A stretch of 64,000 nucleotides of DNA from Octopus sinensis (Eukaryota), in contig NC_043007.1 of assembly GCF_006345805.1 (NCBI RefSeq), forward strand, positions 5,704,001 to 5,768,000. The letters run 5' to 3'. Within the stretch, counting starts at the first letter, position 1. Every line of letters begins with the position of its first letter. Under the pieces are notes generated by a model that was given only the letters and a program-made list of their open reading frames with translations, searched no databases and was not told where the DNA came from. Positions 1 through 12,623 of this stretch are shown here, piece by piece. Position numbers and translations under genes: made by a program.

Positions 1-55
1 TATATACATTATATATATGATATATATGTATATATATATGTGTGTGTGTACGTAC

Positions 56-94
<39 letters not shown>

Positions 95-750
95 CATATG
101 TGTGTATGTGTGTAATGCAGATAACTTTTTCACTCACGCTTTGCTCTGTTCAATAGACAGAAAACGACAATTGATTGTTAAATGGTTGATGCCTTAATAC
201 TGACCTGTTTATCTCAAGACAGATTGATGGTGAAGATGGTAGCGCATTTGGCTAATGACCTTACCGTATGTAATTTTATATCTCTTCATTGTGAGTTCAC
301 ACATCATTTTGGAAAAGGACTTAATAAAATAAATGCTACAAGTAGATTAACATCGATTCAGCCGAATGAATATTCTTCACTGCAAAGTTAAACCTGGGAA
401 CTTGTCGAACGAAAGCTGTATACTTTATAATAACAATAATTCAGCTTCGTGATATTTTTTTCCTCCAGAACATTATCAGCGTATCTGAAGAGAAACTGCT
501 GCGTAGATTTCCTTCATTATTTGCTTCTTAGCGGCATTTACCATTTGTATTCAAATTAAAAAGAAGGAAAATTGAATATTTTGTCAGAAGATACGACCTC
601 TTCTGCACGAGCAGGTTATGGAACGGTGTCAGCTAACTGAACAGAATAAATCGTTATTTGTTGTTGTTCTTACTGTCTCAATCTCACTCATATCTGATCG
701 AGTAGACTTATAACACGTTCAGATGCAAGGCTTAATTGTATAATACGCAA

Positions 751-981
751 GGCGGCGAGCTGGCAGAAACGTTAGCACGCCGGGCGAAATGCGTAGCCGT
801 ATTTCGTCTGCCGATACGTTCTGAGTTCAAATTCCGCCGAGGTCAACTTTGCCTTTCATCCTTTCGGGGTCGATAAATTAAATACCAGTTACGCACTGGG
901 GTCAATGTAATCGACTTAATCCGTTTGTCTGTCCTTGTTTGTCCTCTCTGTGTTTATCCCCTTGTGAGTAGTAAAGAAATA
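751..981 (+). mobile_element. tRNA-derived SINE, family A, monomer
   Basis: Starts GGCGGCGAGCTGGCAGAA with A/B-box-like motifs, has the GCCTTTCATCCTTTCGGGGTCGATAAA core and ends AAAGAAATA. 13-bp TSD tgtataat(a/g)cgca at 737-749 and 982-994. Several other copies occur in the window. Confidence 0.9.
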
Positions 982-1974
982 TGTATAATGCGCAGTGTAG
1001 CATTGGCGACACGCTGCAATCTGTCCATCATCTGCTCTATATATCCGTATGCTTTTAGATTCTTGTATTGGTGAGAGAGGACACAGGAATGATGGGCTCA
1101 GTCAGAGTCCAGTAATTACTATTCCTTAGCACGTATTATAGATAGGAGAAGTAACCCAGTACAATAAATGTGATGAGGCAATTGGTACCTATCGTTCTAT
1201 ATGCTTATACTTTTGTGAACATCCTGCCTTCATCTGTAACCAGACTTTGCGTCCGCGTCCTTAACCTGCGATCAATATTTTCATCTGATATTCTTTATAA
1301 ATCAAGAGGAAAATCCGAAAAGTTTTGAAACCGTGAATTTTTAGATGCTCGATAATAAATAAAAAAAGGGTATTTTATTTCCAGCTAAAGTATTTAAAAT
1401 ATTTAAACTTGTTGAGGAAAGATTTATTAAGTAAAAAGCTATACAGATTCATAAAAACAGTTCAATCAAACGCTCGAGCGTTTTGAATTTAGCATGTTTA
1501 TCATGCATCTTCTTATAGATATATACTTTAGCTAAGTCATGATACCATGTACGATAAATTTTCTACGTGTGGAGAGAGCAAGCGTTGGAAAATAGAGACC
1601 CTTTCAATATCTTCCTCCCTCCACATATACTAAAGTGAACTTTCTTTATATTCCACTTTTATTTGTCACTCCTGGATAAATACTCTTTTACTCTATTTCA
1701 GGGTCTTTCTATTTATTAAGCCTTCATCTCTTACTCTCCGCTATATCTCACCGATTTTCGTCAACTTATAGCTGTAATCTCTTACTTTTCCTTCTTTGCT
1801 AAATGTATATTTTCGTGTCGTAAAACTTATATCATTTACGATATTTCATACTAAAATGCTGACTTATAGTGTCTCTTTTCTTTCCTTATTTGGTTCTTAG
1901 TTTCATCCCATATATTATGTTCATTGCCTCTTTTATTTCCTGTCCTCCTCACGTCCGCTGTCTTTCCTTCGTTT

Positions 1975-1977
<3 letters not shown>

Positions 1978-2015
<38 letters not shown>

Positions 2016-2049
2016 GTATCTATCTATCTATGTATCTATCTATCTATCT

Positions 2050-2088
<39 letters not shown>

Positions 2089-2105
2089 ATCTATCTATCT
2101 ATCTC
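1978..2105. repeat. (TC)n/(TCTA)n compound microsatellite
   Basis: Read directly from the sequence. Confidence 0.95.
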
Positions 2106-3194
2106 TTTGTCTCTCATTATATCTTTAGTTTATCTTTCAATTACATTATAACTTGAGCAACCGCTAGATTTATATTTCAAATTGAAATTATAGAATCTTC
2201 ATGTTTATAAGTTTCACGTTGATCAAATTTGCAAAACATACGCTTGTAAATTTAAACATTAATCTAGGTATTGTGCTGTACCTCCAGTTCAGAAATATAG
2301 CTTTGTTTAGCTCAGTCAATTTGGTCAACGAACAGGTTTCATTAAAATATTTTAGTTTTGAGATTAGTTAAAAGAAACGGAGTTTATATATAAAATGCAG
2401 TTGCTCCAAGAATGTACGAAAATATTCTAATTTATATTAAAATTTTGCAAGCATACTGACACGAAGAAATAGATAACAAATGCAAAATATGCATTAAAGA
2501 AAAATAATATATTTAAGAACACTTACACAGCTGAGATTTTGTAACAATCTGGGAAGCCATGTCAACAACATGTTTTTCCATTTGCGGTTCAAACATTTCT
2601 GTAAACTGCGATTTCCGTCCATCCAACATTCCTCTTCGGCTGAGATGGTCAACGTTACTCAGTAATCTTGTTCACATTGTTTGAAATGTGTGGAAGGAGC
2701 CAGCTAAAGAGAAAACTTAGTCTTCAGTAGCGCTTCATTAAAAATTTTAACGATCCAATTTTGGTGAAATGGGAAAAGCGTTAAAGCATCATAAAAATTA
2801 TTTTCCAATATTTATTTTACCGTTTTATAATTTCTACGTTCTAATCTTGCCAAAGTCCAGTTTTTTTTTTTTTTTTTTTTAAATTTTCTTCTTCAGGCTC
2901 AATTACACCTTCCCCTGAAAACGGCAAAAAGAAAAAAAAGACAACACTCTCTCGCCGCCTTCATCCAACGCTACTGATAAGTATATTAAAGTACCGAGTC
3001 ATTCGTAAGTGAGTCGACTTTGTCGATGTATTAATCTCACCATACTGTATTGTGGACAGCCAGTGTATAAAATGGCAGAACGAGATAATAACCAGAGACG
3101 CTGTGCTGTGACAGCTGTATAATTCCATTATAGGCTTGAAGCATTTAACTTCATTTATGCCAGTGATTATAAACACACACACACATACGCCACG

Positions 3195-3229
<35 letters not shown>

Positions 3230-3303
3230 TTAGATTTATTCAGATATATATATACATGCGTATATGTGTGTGTATGTGTGTATGTATACACATTCCACTA
3301 CAC

Positions 3304-3341
<38 letters not shown>

Positions 3342-3944
3342 CATTGGAAGCAACATAAACACATAACAAGGAGCAACTCTCCAACTCATTCTTTTCTATT
3401 CATATTTTGAAAACAAAATTTGAGTTTATTGAGAGCCAAGCTTTAATAATTAATGCTTCTCACATGATTATCTTTATAATTTGTTAATCCTATTTATCAA
3501 ACTGACACATTGCTAACAAGATTTTTCTGTAATATAGGTTTTAATTCATACCATTTTTCTTGAACTACTGATAAAAAGTGAGGATTATTTCCTTCTTTAA
3601 AAAAAAGTCACAATTACCTACATGAACGACCGAAAATATTTTATATTGACCCCCGAAGACTGAAGGTCAAGGCGACGTTTGAATTTGATCACGGAAAAAT
3701 ATTTTGATTACTTTATCAAAAATAACTGGAACAATATTATATCACAGTATTGTAAAGTAGCCACAAACTTTATCATACTGTCATAGTGTAGAAAAACCAA
3801 GAACATTATCGTATTCTTGAATGAACAAAGATGTCTTTTTTTAGTATTCTAGAATAAACATGAATATAATCGCATTGGTGTATGATACGAACATTATCAT
3901 TTATTGATACTGTCGTCTGAACATAAACACCATCACATTGCTAA

Positions 3945-4208
3945 GATATCCTCCCTAAATGCGTGAGAGACCTGCATGGTGTGGATGTGGGTTTCTTTAA
4001 AACCAAACTGGATCTCTTCTTGTCGGGAGTCCCAGATGAACCTACCTCTCGGCAGGAAACTCAGATGCGGGCAGCGGCATCGAACTTCTTTGTTGATAAA
4101 TGCCATGTATCAGAGGTGGTTTCATATACTAGTGTAGCTCATTCAATGGTGATGCCCCAGCATGCCCGCAGCCTTCGGGCTGAAATATTTTTAAGGATTT
4201 AAGGATTA
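3945..4208 (+). mobile_element. CR1-type LINE 3' end fragment
   Basis: Translates LPKCVRDLHGVDVGFFKTKLDLFLSGVPDEPTSRQETQMRAAASN, homologous to the C-terminus of the RT-bearing copy at 52095-52950. Ends in a CCCCAGCATG..CAGCC-TTCG-GGCTG stem-loop and TTAAGGAT repeats. Confidence 0.85.
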
Positions 4209-4305
4209 TAGAATAATAGAATACAATAATAAACAAGGACATTATCTCTTTGGTATAATGTAGGATCAACATGAACATTATCATTTCAATATTGTTGTAG
4301 AATAG

Positions 4306-4522
4306 GGCGGCGAGCTGGCAGAATCGTTAGCATGCCGGGCGAAATGCTTGCCAGTATTTCGTCTGTCTTTACGTTCTGAGTTCAAATTCCACCGAGGCCG
4401 ACTTTGCCTTTCATCTTTTCGGGGTCGATAAATTAAGTACTAGTTGCGTACTGGGGTCGAACTAATCGACTAGCCCTTCTCTCCCAAAATGTCAGGCCTT
4501 GTGCCTAGAGTAGAAAAGAATA
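4306..4522 (+). mobile_element. SINE family A head and core with an alternative 3' tail
   Basis: Same head and core as 751-981, but the tail reads TAGCCCTTC...GGCCTTGTGCCTAGAGTAGAAAAGAATA. Confidence 0.85.
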
Positions 4523-5095
4523 TGAACATTGTCGTTTTATTACTGTTGTAGTATAAATTTGGACATTATCACATTATCACATTATTATATTGCACAATGA
4601 ACAGGAGCATTATCACATGCTATGTTAGTAGAGCATTATGGTTGCGTTATACATCAGAAAGTTGAGGGGAATTATCCGTAGCCAATCTAGAGTGAGCTAA
4701 CAATCCTCAAACGGAATGTAAGGACATATTTTGTTAAACAAAGATTACAAATACTACTGTACACTGATATTTCTCGATATTTATATACGTGGAATGGGGA
4801 AACATTTTTGAGATTTACACCATTATCGCTAAGTCTGGAGCATAATTCAAGATCTTGCAGAATAAAACTTAATAACTAATGCTTCTCCCATGATTACCTT
4901 TATAATTAGTTAATCTTATTAATCAAAATGTCATGTTGCCAACAATATTTTATTTCAGTCAAATAAGTTTTAATTCTTACCATTTTTCTTGAACTGCGTG
5001 ACGTAAGAATTCATTCTTCATTAAATGTTTTTCGATTCAGATATGTATGCATGCATATATGCATGTATGTATATATGTATGCATATATATCTATA

Positions 5096-5512
5096 GGCGC
5101 AGGAGTGGTTGTGTGGGTAGTAGCTTGCTTACCAACCGCATGGTTCAAGGTTTAGTCCCACTGCGTAGTACCTTAGGCAAGTGTCTTCTACTATAGCTGC
5201 GAGCTGACCAAAGCCTTCTGCGTGGATTTACTAGACGGAAACTGAAAAAAGCTTGTCGTATATATGTGTGTGTGTGTGTATATATTTATGTGTCTGTGTT
5301 TATGTATCTGTGTTTGTCCACCCACCATCGCTTGACAAGCGATGTTGGTGTGTTTACGTCCTTGTAACTTAGCGGTTCGGCAAAAAACAAACGATAGAAT
5401 AAGTACTAGGCTTACAAAGAATAAGTGCTGGGGTCGATTTGTTCAACTAAAGGCGGTGCTCCAGCATGGTCGCAGTCAAAACGACTGAAACAAATAAAAG
5501 AATAAAAGAATA
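5096..5512 (+). mobile_element. tRNA-derived SINE, family B (CORE-like central motif, CR1-like tail)
   Basis: GGCGCAGGAGTGG head, ACCTTAGGCAAGTGTCTT CORE-like motif, internal (TA/TG)n, and tail GGCGGTGCTCCAGCATGG..CAGTC-GACTG followed by (AAAAGAAT) repeats. Confidence 0.85.
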
Positions 5513-5569
5513 TATATGTACGTATGTACCATTGAGCCACAATGTTAACCTGACAATAAGATACTTTTA

Positions 5570-5935
5570 TACACCGCTGGTCACAATGCGCTTCCAATTC
5601 TTTTTTGATGACGTCAGTCTTTTTCGTCTTGTCCCAAATCTCTAAAGCAAATAAACTTCCCATCGTTTTGGAGGTCTTTTGTGAGTCTTTTGCGGTCGTT
5701 CAGATGCTACTCGACAATTGCACAGGTCTATCTGTTGTCTGTAAATCGGGCGACGCATAAAGTCCAGTAGAATTTATGCTTTCGGTATTCTCCGATCACA
5801 TACTTGACTCTGCTCTGTTCTCAAATTATCTCATTTCCAATATGCTCCCGTAATGATATGAGGAGATCTTTCCATGGCCACCCTTTATGACTTAACCAAC
5901 TGATGTTCCTCGTTCTTCGTGGTAGACTACGTCTA
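5570..5935 (-). mobile_element. Degenerate RTE/RTE-X-like LINE 3' fragment
   Basis: Minus-strand translation with stops and frameshifts: KYVIGEYRKHKFYWTLCVARFTDNR*TCAIVE*...RPPKRWE...WKRIVTSGV*. This matches the post-RT C-terminal motif of RTE-group LINEs (W.GHVAR..DNRW...RP..RW). Confidence 0.7.
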
Positions 5936-6042
5936 ACATACGTATAAGAGCGCAGGTATGTATGTATGTATGTGTGTGCGTATGTTTATATGTATGTTTG
6001 TATGTATGTTTGTATGTACGTATGTATGAGTGTGAGTGTATG

Positions 6043-6076
<34 letters not shown>

Positions 6077-8158
6077 TGTATGTATGTATGAGTGTGTGAT
6101 TAAATAATTATTAACTAATGTATCGTGTGATTTCTTCCTCAGGTATCAATAACGATTATCTACGAAGAGCGAAGTTGTTGATTCTTTTGAGGACGAAATA
6201 TATTGCATGAAATTAAAATATATTTTCTGTAAACATTCGATACTGTTTCTTGTTAGCAAAGTTTTATTTTCTAATAATAAATTTTGAGCATAATCCTTAC
6301 TAAACATCTCAGTTTCTATTAAAAACTCTCTGCTATGTGCTTGACTATCCATTCCAGCAACTTGAAGTGAAATTTTATTCATAAGATAGTGGTAGTCTGG
6401 TACATAACCTTAAAAGGTTTCCTTTTTCTGTAAAAATTCACTTTTTTGGTTAACTCAGATTCTCCTTTCGTGGTTATCGATATAATTTTTTAAAATTTCA
6501 ATTATTCTTTGTATCGTGGTTATTGAATTTTCTAATTCCTTTTTACTAGCTTCTGTTTGCAGACTAACAAGCGATAGTACTTAGGAAGCGGAAGGAAAGT
6601 AAATTCTTGATGTTTTCAAAAGTTACAAAACTTACACTAGTAAATTAAATTTACTTGAGTCATCGCTTGTAAAGAAAAAAGAAAAGAACGGAACGAAATA
6701 AAATTTTAATGGTGCAAAAAGAATGCATATGTAAATGCATGTGTATATTTTTATATACATAAATGTACTTATACATATATACATAAATGTATACATACAT
6801 ATGTATAGATACATAAATGTGTATGTGTATGAAAAATAGAAATGAAGTTAATATAAATGAGTATTTAAAAACCCACAAAATGAGGTAAAGGAAAGGAAAA
6901 TGAAAATAAAAGTACAATAAAACACTTCAAATTGTAAAAATAGAATTCCATGAACTCAACTCTTCAATTAGATCAAGGAATCGGATTTCTTAAACGGTTT
7001 TCTTTATTTGTTTAGTAATTTTTTTTTTAAATCAATAATTTTGAAGCCGTTCTAATTTTATTGATGGAATAGACATGCGCAAATAAAAATGCTTATATAT
7101 GCACACGCGTGCGTGTGCGCGAGTGCGTGTGTGCGTGTGGGCGAACGCGCGCATCGTGGATGTGCGTGTGTGCGCATGCGCGAGCGTGTATTATACAGAC
7201 GTCAATGAGTGTTTGACCGTATTTTTGTCGGGTTTCCTCATCCTAAACACTTTTTAGAACGATAAAGAATTTCAGCTTGTAGATTCTAATAAAGAAAAAA
7301 AAAAAATTCAATATTATATTGTGCCGTTATATTCTTCTAATCCTCATTTCCATTCTTTTACCTATTTATTCTTCATGTTGTACATTGTATACATCCATCC
7401 TTCGTAACATCCATCAAAGGTTTCAATCGATTAGATCAATACAGTGCTGTTTATCGTTCTTTATTTAGCTTCTCGCTAGTTTACTAAGCTAAGGGAGCTT
7501 ACACATGCATTCACATGTAGACATCTACGTATATGTAAATAGAAATAATTGCTCAATATACAAACGGACAACGAGAGACAAAAAACATTCAGTACCGAAA
7601 GTAGACTAATAACGATGACGACGAAAGAGTAATACACAGTCCAAATATTTTATATAAGAATAGTTTCATCTTTGAATCTCCAGAAATAGTGCTGTTTCTG
7701 GAGATAAAGAAGATTAAACTATACTTAAATAGTATTATGGATTTCTTTTACCCATACAGTATTTTGTTATACATGCACGTTTGATGGTTGCCAACTCGAT
7801 TTCGAGTAGAGCCATTGCCTGATTTCTTTATACCCTAGAATATCATCGATGTACTGCACTAATATGGCTTTTGAGGTCTTCCAAAAATATAAATCCATTA
7901 TATATATATATATATATATATAAACAAAACGAAAAGTTTACATTAATATGTTATGAGCATAGTTTTATCAGAGAAAAAAAGATATATCTTAAGATGTTAC
8001 ATGCCGACCAATAAGTTTATACCAGCTGTAAGAAATAAAGATTACCAATTTGATAATAATGAATAATTAGCCTTCAAGCCTCCATTTTCTCTTCTTCACT
8101 TAAATATATATATAAAATGATAATAATAATCATAAATATATTTTATGATATATATATA

Positions 8159-8215
<57 letters not shown>

Positions 8216-8453
8216 TCTGTATTTATGTGTTATCTGAGTATATTCCTATGATGAAGGCAGAGCGTTTCTTACGCAGAGTCTGAAATCTGGGATCTAGAAT
8301 TATCCAGTAATTTTTTTACTAGTTTATTTTGCCTCTTTGTCTTCTCTCCTGGTGCTGTATGAACATTTAATGTGGATTTAGAGTCACGTTTTGGCTGCTA
8401 TTTCCAGCGTGGCGGTATCTCTTAGATACCATAAATTATAATTTTAATAATAA

Positions 8454-8458
<5 letters not shown>

Positions 8459-8516
<58 letters not shown>

Positions 8517-8517
8517 G

Positions 8518-8556
<39 letters not shown>

Positions 8557-8569
8557 TAGATAGATAGAT

Positions 8570-8643
<74 letters not shown>

Positions 8644-8645
8644 GC
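8459..8645. repeat. (TA)n/(GA)n/(GATA)n compound microsatellite
   Basis: Read directly from the sequence. Confidence 0.95.
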
Positions 8646-9319
8646 ATGGTTGTCTCATTGTATGTCAACAGACCTAATATTGTTATTTGGGACCAAAAGT
8701 GTAAAAATATATATGAAAGCTAATAAAAATCGGTCTGGGAATCAGTTGTGAAAAGCTCATATTTTAAAAAGTACATTGTTTCCAGGAATACACTCTAAGC
8801 TTTTTCAAGATAGTGATATTTAGAATGTTAACAGAACAGGAAGGTCTTTCTTGTTGGTTTATAAAAAAAATCCTACTGAATATGCATGTTTGAAATGTTT
8901 CCTGTATAACATTAGTATTTCGATTTAGAAAATCTTGCAAACCAAATACAAGAACCAAATATCCTTGATATATTTTTTTTGTATAAATATACCATAATGC
9001 AAACCGATTTAGATTCGGACCGCGATCTCAGAACTAAATCTCTTGACAATCAGGATCAACAAAGCAGTAAGCTATCAGATATATCGGAAAAAATAATCTG
9101 CAAACGCCTGATATTCTATGGATGGCTTTATCACTACTTTTGATTATACAATCAATCGAACGAGAAAACATAAACAGTCATTTAAATTACAAGAAATCGT
9201 AGTTAAACTCGCATCTGCATTCATTCATTCTATTAGATATAAATATATAACTACATATATACATACATAAATACCTACATGTACATGTGTGTGTGTGTTT
9301 TGTATCCGTGAACGGGATT

Positions 9320-9720
9320 TGTACACTCAATACGATGAAGAGTGGATCGCCTAATGGGAGGTGCCACGGATCCTTCCCCATTCCAGTTACGAAGAAATCG
9401 GATATTATCATATGGAGTGAAAGAAAGTAAGTAGTAAATCTAGTCGTGTTAACTGTTCCTCATGGAGATAACATGGATACCGCTCGGGCTCGAAAGATCG
9501 ATCGTTATAAAAACCTTTTCGGGGGGTGTAAAGACGGAGAATGAAGTAGGACGTAGAGTATTCGTTGGACACAGTGTGAGGCGACTGTTGTAGCTAGGCC
9601 TAAGGCATGGTAAAGCAAATACTATCAGGAGTGAAATACGGACTACAGTGGAGAAGACGAGCCGCTGGATTCGGTTAAAAAGAGAAGATGAGCAAAGGCT
9701 AGGAGAATATTGAGCGAAAC
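9320..9720 (+). mobile_element. HERO/NeSL-like non-LTR retrotransposon 3' fragment (restriction-like endonuclease)
   Basis: Translates KSDIIIWSERK*VVNLVVLTVPHGDNMDTARARKIDRYKNL ... VGHSVRRLL*LG...EKTSRWIRLKR, resembling the RPDI..WS / ELTVP / RK..RY pattern of RLE domains. Clade assignment is from memory. Confidence 0.65.
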
Positions 9721-10914
9721 CTAGTATCTAGTTGATCTAGCAAGCGGGGACCATCTCAGTGACGAGGGGGGCGGAAATGATGAGAAGAAGGTCCCAAGAC
9801 GGTGCGTATTCTCTCCTGATGACTCCATAAACTTGCTAGTACACGGTATGCGGAACTTTCAGCTGATAACACTTACATTTGAAATTGTTGCAAAAAATCT
9901 AAATCGCTGAGAAGAAACATGGTAGTGGTTGTCGTAAGAATTGTCGTTGGAACTTTCTATATTGAACCACAAAATGTACAGGCATTCTCTTTCTCCTGCC
10001 TCTCGATACATTTTACTACTCTTTTTCCATTTTTTTGTGATAAACGTTTCACTCTAAGCGTCACATTTTTTTCTTTTTCTTCCTTTCTCGTTTCAAGCTT
10101 CATAACATCGCTGCACACTTCTTTGTTTTTTTTTTGCCTGCTTTATACTTCTACGCATTTCAGGCACGTGTTTTCAACTGTTTGCCTTTACGTCGTATTC
10201 TACTCGAATTCTATTCGTGTTATTTTAACTATATACATACACATACACACACAGATACACAGACACACACACACATACATATATACATGCAGGTATGTAT
10301 GTATATGTAAATGCATTGTCAAATGAAAGGAATAATCAACCGCGAGTAGTGTATTTTGAACAAACAACTTGTATAACGGCAGATGTAATGCTTCTAGTGG
10401 TGAAAGCGTGAACTAAGATTTGTCAAATTTAGGTTATTGAATTAAGCAAAAATATTTCAGAAAATCACATGAAATAACAAATTCTACGATATTCGTGTTT
10501 AAATGAAAAGAATCCTTGCAAAACATATCAAGGAATCTTGTCTTTTGAGTCACAGAATACGTTTGCGTTTAAATTACAATCAAATACACAATGCGAACAT
10601 TTTGCCGGATTTTAGAAGAAAGGTGTTATTTAATCAATAACAACATGAAGAAATATATGATAGATTAAAATGAAGTGTGTGAGAAAGAATACGCGAAACG
10701 AATATAAGCCAGAATGTAATTATAAGTTAGCATTATTGTGGATTAAATTAGCAAGATAAAAGAGATATGGAGAGAGGTTACAGGAGTGAGTAGGAAGTTA
10801 TGCTAAATATCTTTCTCATACATATGTAAGAGACAACGAGATAGAATGCATAAACTAAGATTAGTCATGTCAGTAGTATATGGAAGTGGAAGATGTTGCC
10901 GAAATATTTCTGTT

Positions 10915-11209
10915 CATCCATTCATCCATTCATCCATCTGTCCGTTCTTCACCGTTCCCTCCCTCCCTCTCTCCCTCCATCCATCCATCCATCCATCCAG
11001 CCAGCCAGCCAGCCACCCAAATGTATGATACGCCGGGAAAATCCTTCGTGGGTAATACCAGCATCGAATAACTGATGCCGGATTGAGTAGAGAGAAGCGT
11101 ACCTCCAGCTGGAAAGTATGAATCCTGTGAGATATATGATTGAGAGTCACTCATTAAACCAGCCATTCATACCATCCGTCCGTCCATCCGTCCTTCCATC
11201 TATCTATCT

Positions 11210-11257
<48 letters not shown>

Positions 11258-11260
11258 GGC
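10915..11260. repeat. (CCAT)n/(CCAG)n tetranucleotide tracts
   Basis: Read directly from the sequence. Confidence 0.85.
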
Positions 11261-12320
11261 CATTGGACCTCACGGCTCTCCAGCTGGAGGTTATTCTCTC
11301 TCATTCTCACCCAGCATCGGCCATTTGTTGCTGTTGTACATCACCACGAAGGTTTGAGATCACGCCAGACCATCATGTTGACGGCGGTGCTTTTTTTTAC
11401 GCATTTAAGAGAAAAGTTTACCTTAGGATACAAACAGCCTGAACAGATACTGAAAGGCTTTCGATTTGACAGTCTTGCAGTCACACAAATCCATTGCTTA
11501 TGATTTATGTTTTATATGATGAAACACAAATTTGACCCCGCTAGGATTTGATCATAGTATATAAAGAGTCAAAGGAAATAACGTGTGCCATTCAATAGTG
11601 CCATTCGATCCAGCAAGCTAATGAAACTGACAACTTGTATGAAGATTTTGTGGCCTAGAGGTACATCACGTAAAGGTTTCATAGACAGAAATCCCAGCCG
11701 AATGTTATGATTCGAAGTAGCGAAGTAGTGACGAGACTTAAAGAAAGTTGTATGGCATTGAATGGCATAAACAGTAACTGATCTTTAGTCAGATCGATCG
11801 AGTGATGAAGACAGTTGACGGGCAACTGATGGACAACTTTGAGGTTGTGTTGTGGTGACCACTGGTTAGTGTTGAAAGAGAAATACTTACAGGCTTCGGC
11901 GGATGTTCCCCTCAATTCGAGTCAGTGGTAGAGCGCATAACAGCGTGGACAATCAAGACAGTCCCCTCCGCAGACCCCTTATTGCATAAGAGATATAAAG
12001 TTTTACCCAGTTTAAAACAGGATTTCTCATAAATTCGTTGCTTTTCCAAAAATCGAATCATCCTTGTTCAAATTGTGTCAATAAAACAACTGCACTAAAT
12101 ATCTGTTCGCTTTAGCATTTTTTCTTATCAATGGTAACCTGATGTTACTGAAATGCAAGATCACACCACTGCAGGACCCACCCCCACCCCCAGCTGCCTC
12201 CCGAGCTTATTTATATGCACGCACACATCTACATACATATTCACAGCCACAGTAACCACATGTACATACATACAGTCATAGAAACATACACACGAAATAT
12301 ATGTATATATATATTTATAT

Positions 12321-12623
12321 ATCACCGTGACCGACCAGGCTATCAAATGTTGCTACACATCGCTGGTCACAATGCGCTTTTGCGTTGTTTTAGCGTTTAA
12401 ATGACGCCACCCCGCTGGCTAAGTGAACAGGCCAACAGAAGAAAGATTGAGAGAAAGTTGTGGCGAAAGAGTACAGCAAGGATCGCCACCATCCCCTGCC
12501 GGAGCCTCGTGGAGCTTTAGGTGTTTTCGCTCAATAAACACTCATAACGCCCGATCTGGGAAACGAAACCGCGATCCTACGACTGCGAGTCCGCTGCCCT
12601 AACCACTGGGCTATTGCGTCTCC
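12321..12623 (-). mobile_element. tRNA-derived SINE, family C, with RTE-X-like tail
   Basis: Minus strand begins GGAGACGCAATAGCCCAGTGGTTAGGGCAGCGG (A box) with a GGTTTCG-type B box and ends GGTCGGTCACGGTGAT. A homolog lies at 28412-28704. Confidence 0.9.

Larger units (their letters stand above)
3725..4640. repeat. Old degenerate minisatellite (~40-bp unit), interrupted by a CR1 fragment and a SINE
   Basis: Variants of GAACATTATCA...TGTTGTAGAATAAACAT recur on both sides of the insertions. Confidence 0.5.

Noticed and set aside
7800-7885. Minus-strand AILVQYIDDIL resembling an RT YxDD motif
   Set aside because: The flanking residues match no other RT motif and the frame closes quickly; likely chance.
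11680-11990. Possible decayed CR1/L2-type fragment on the minus strand
   Set aside because: The motif match is too weak to assign without a search.
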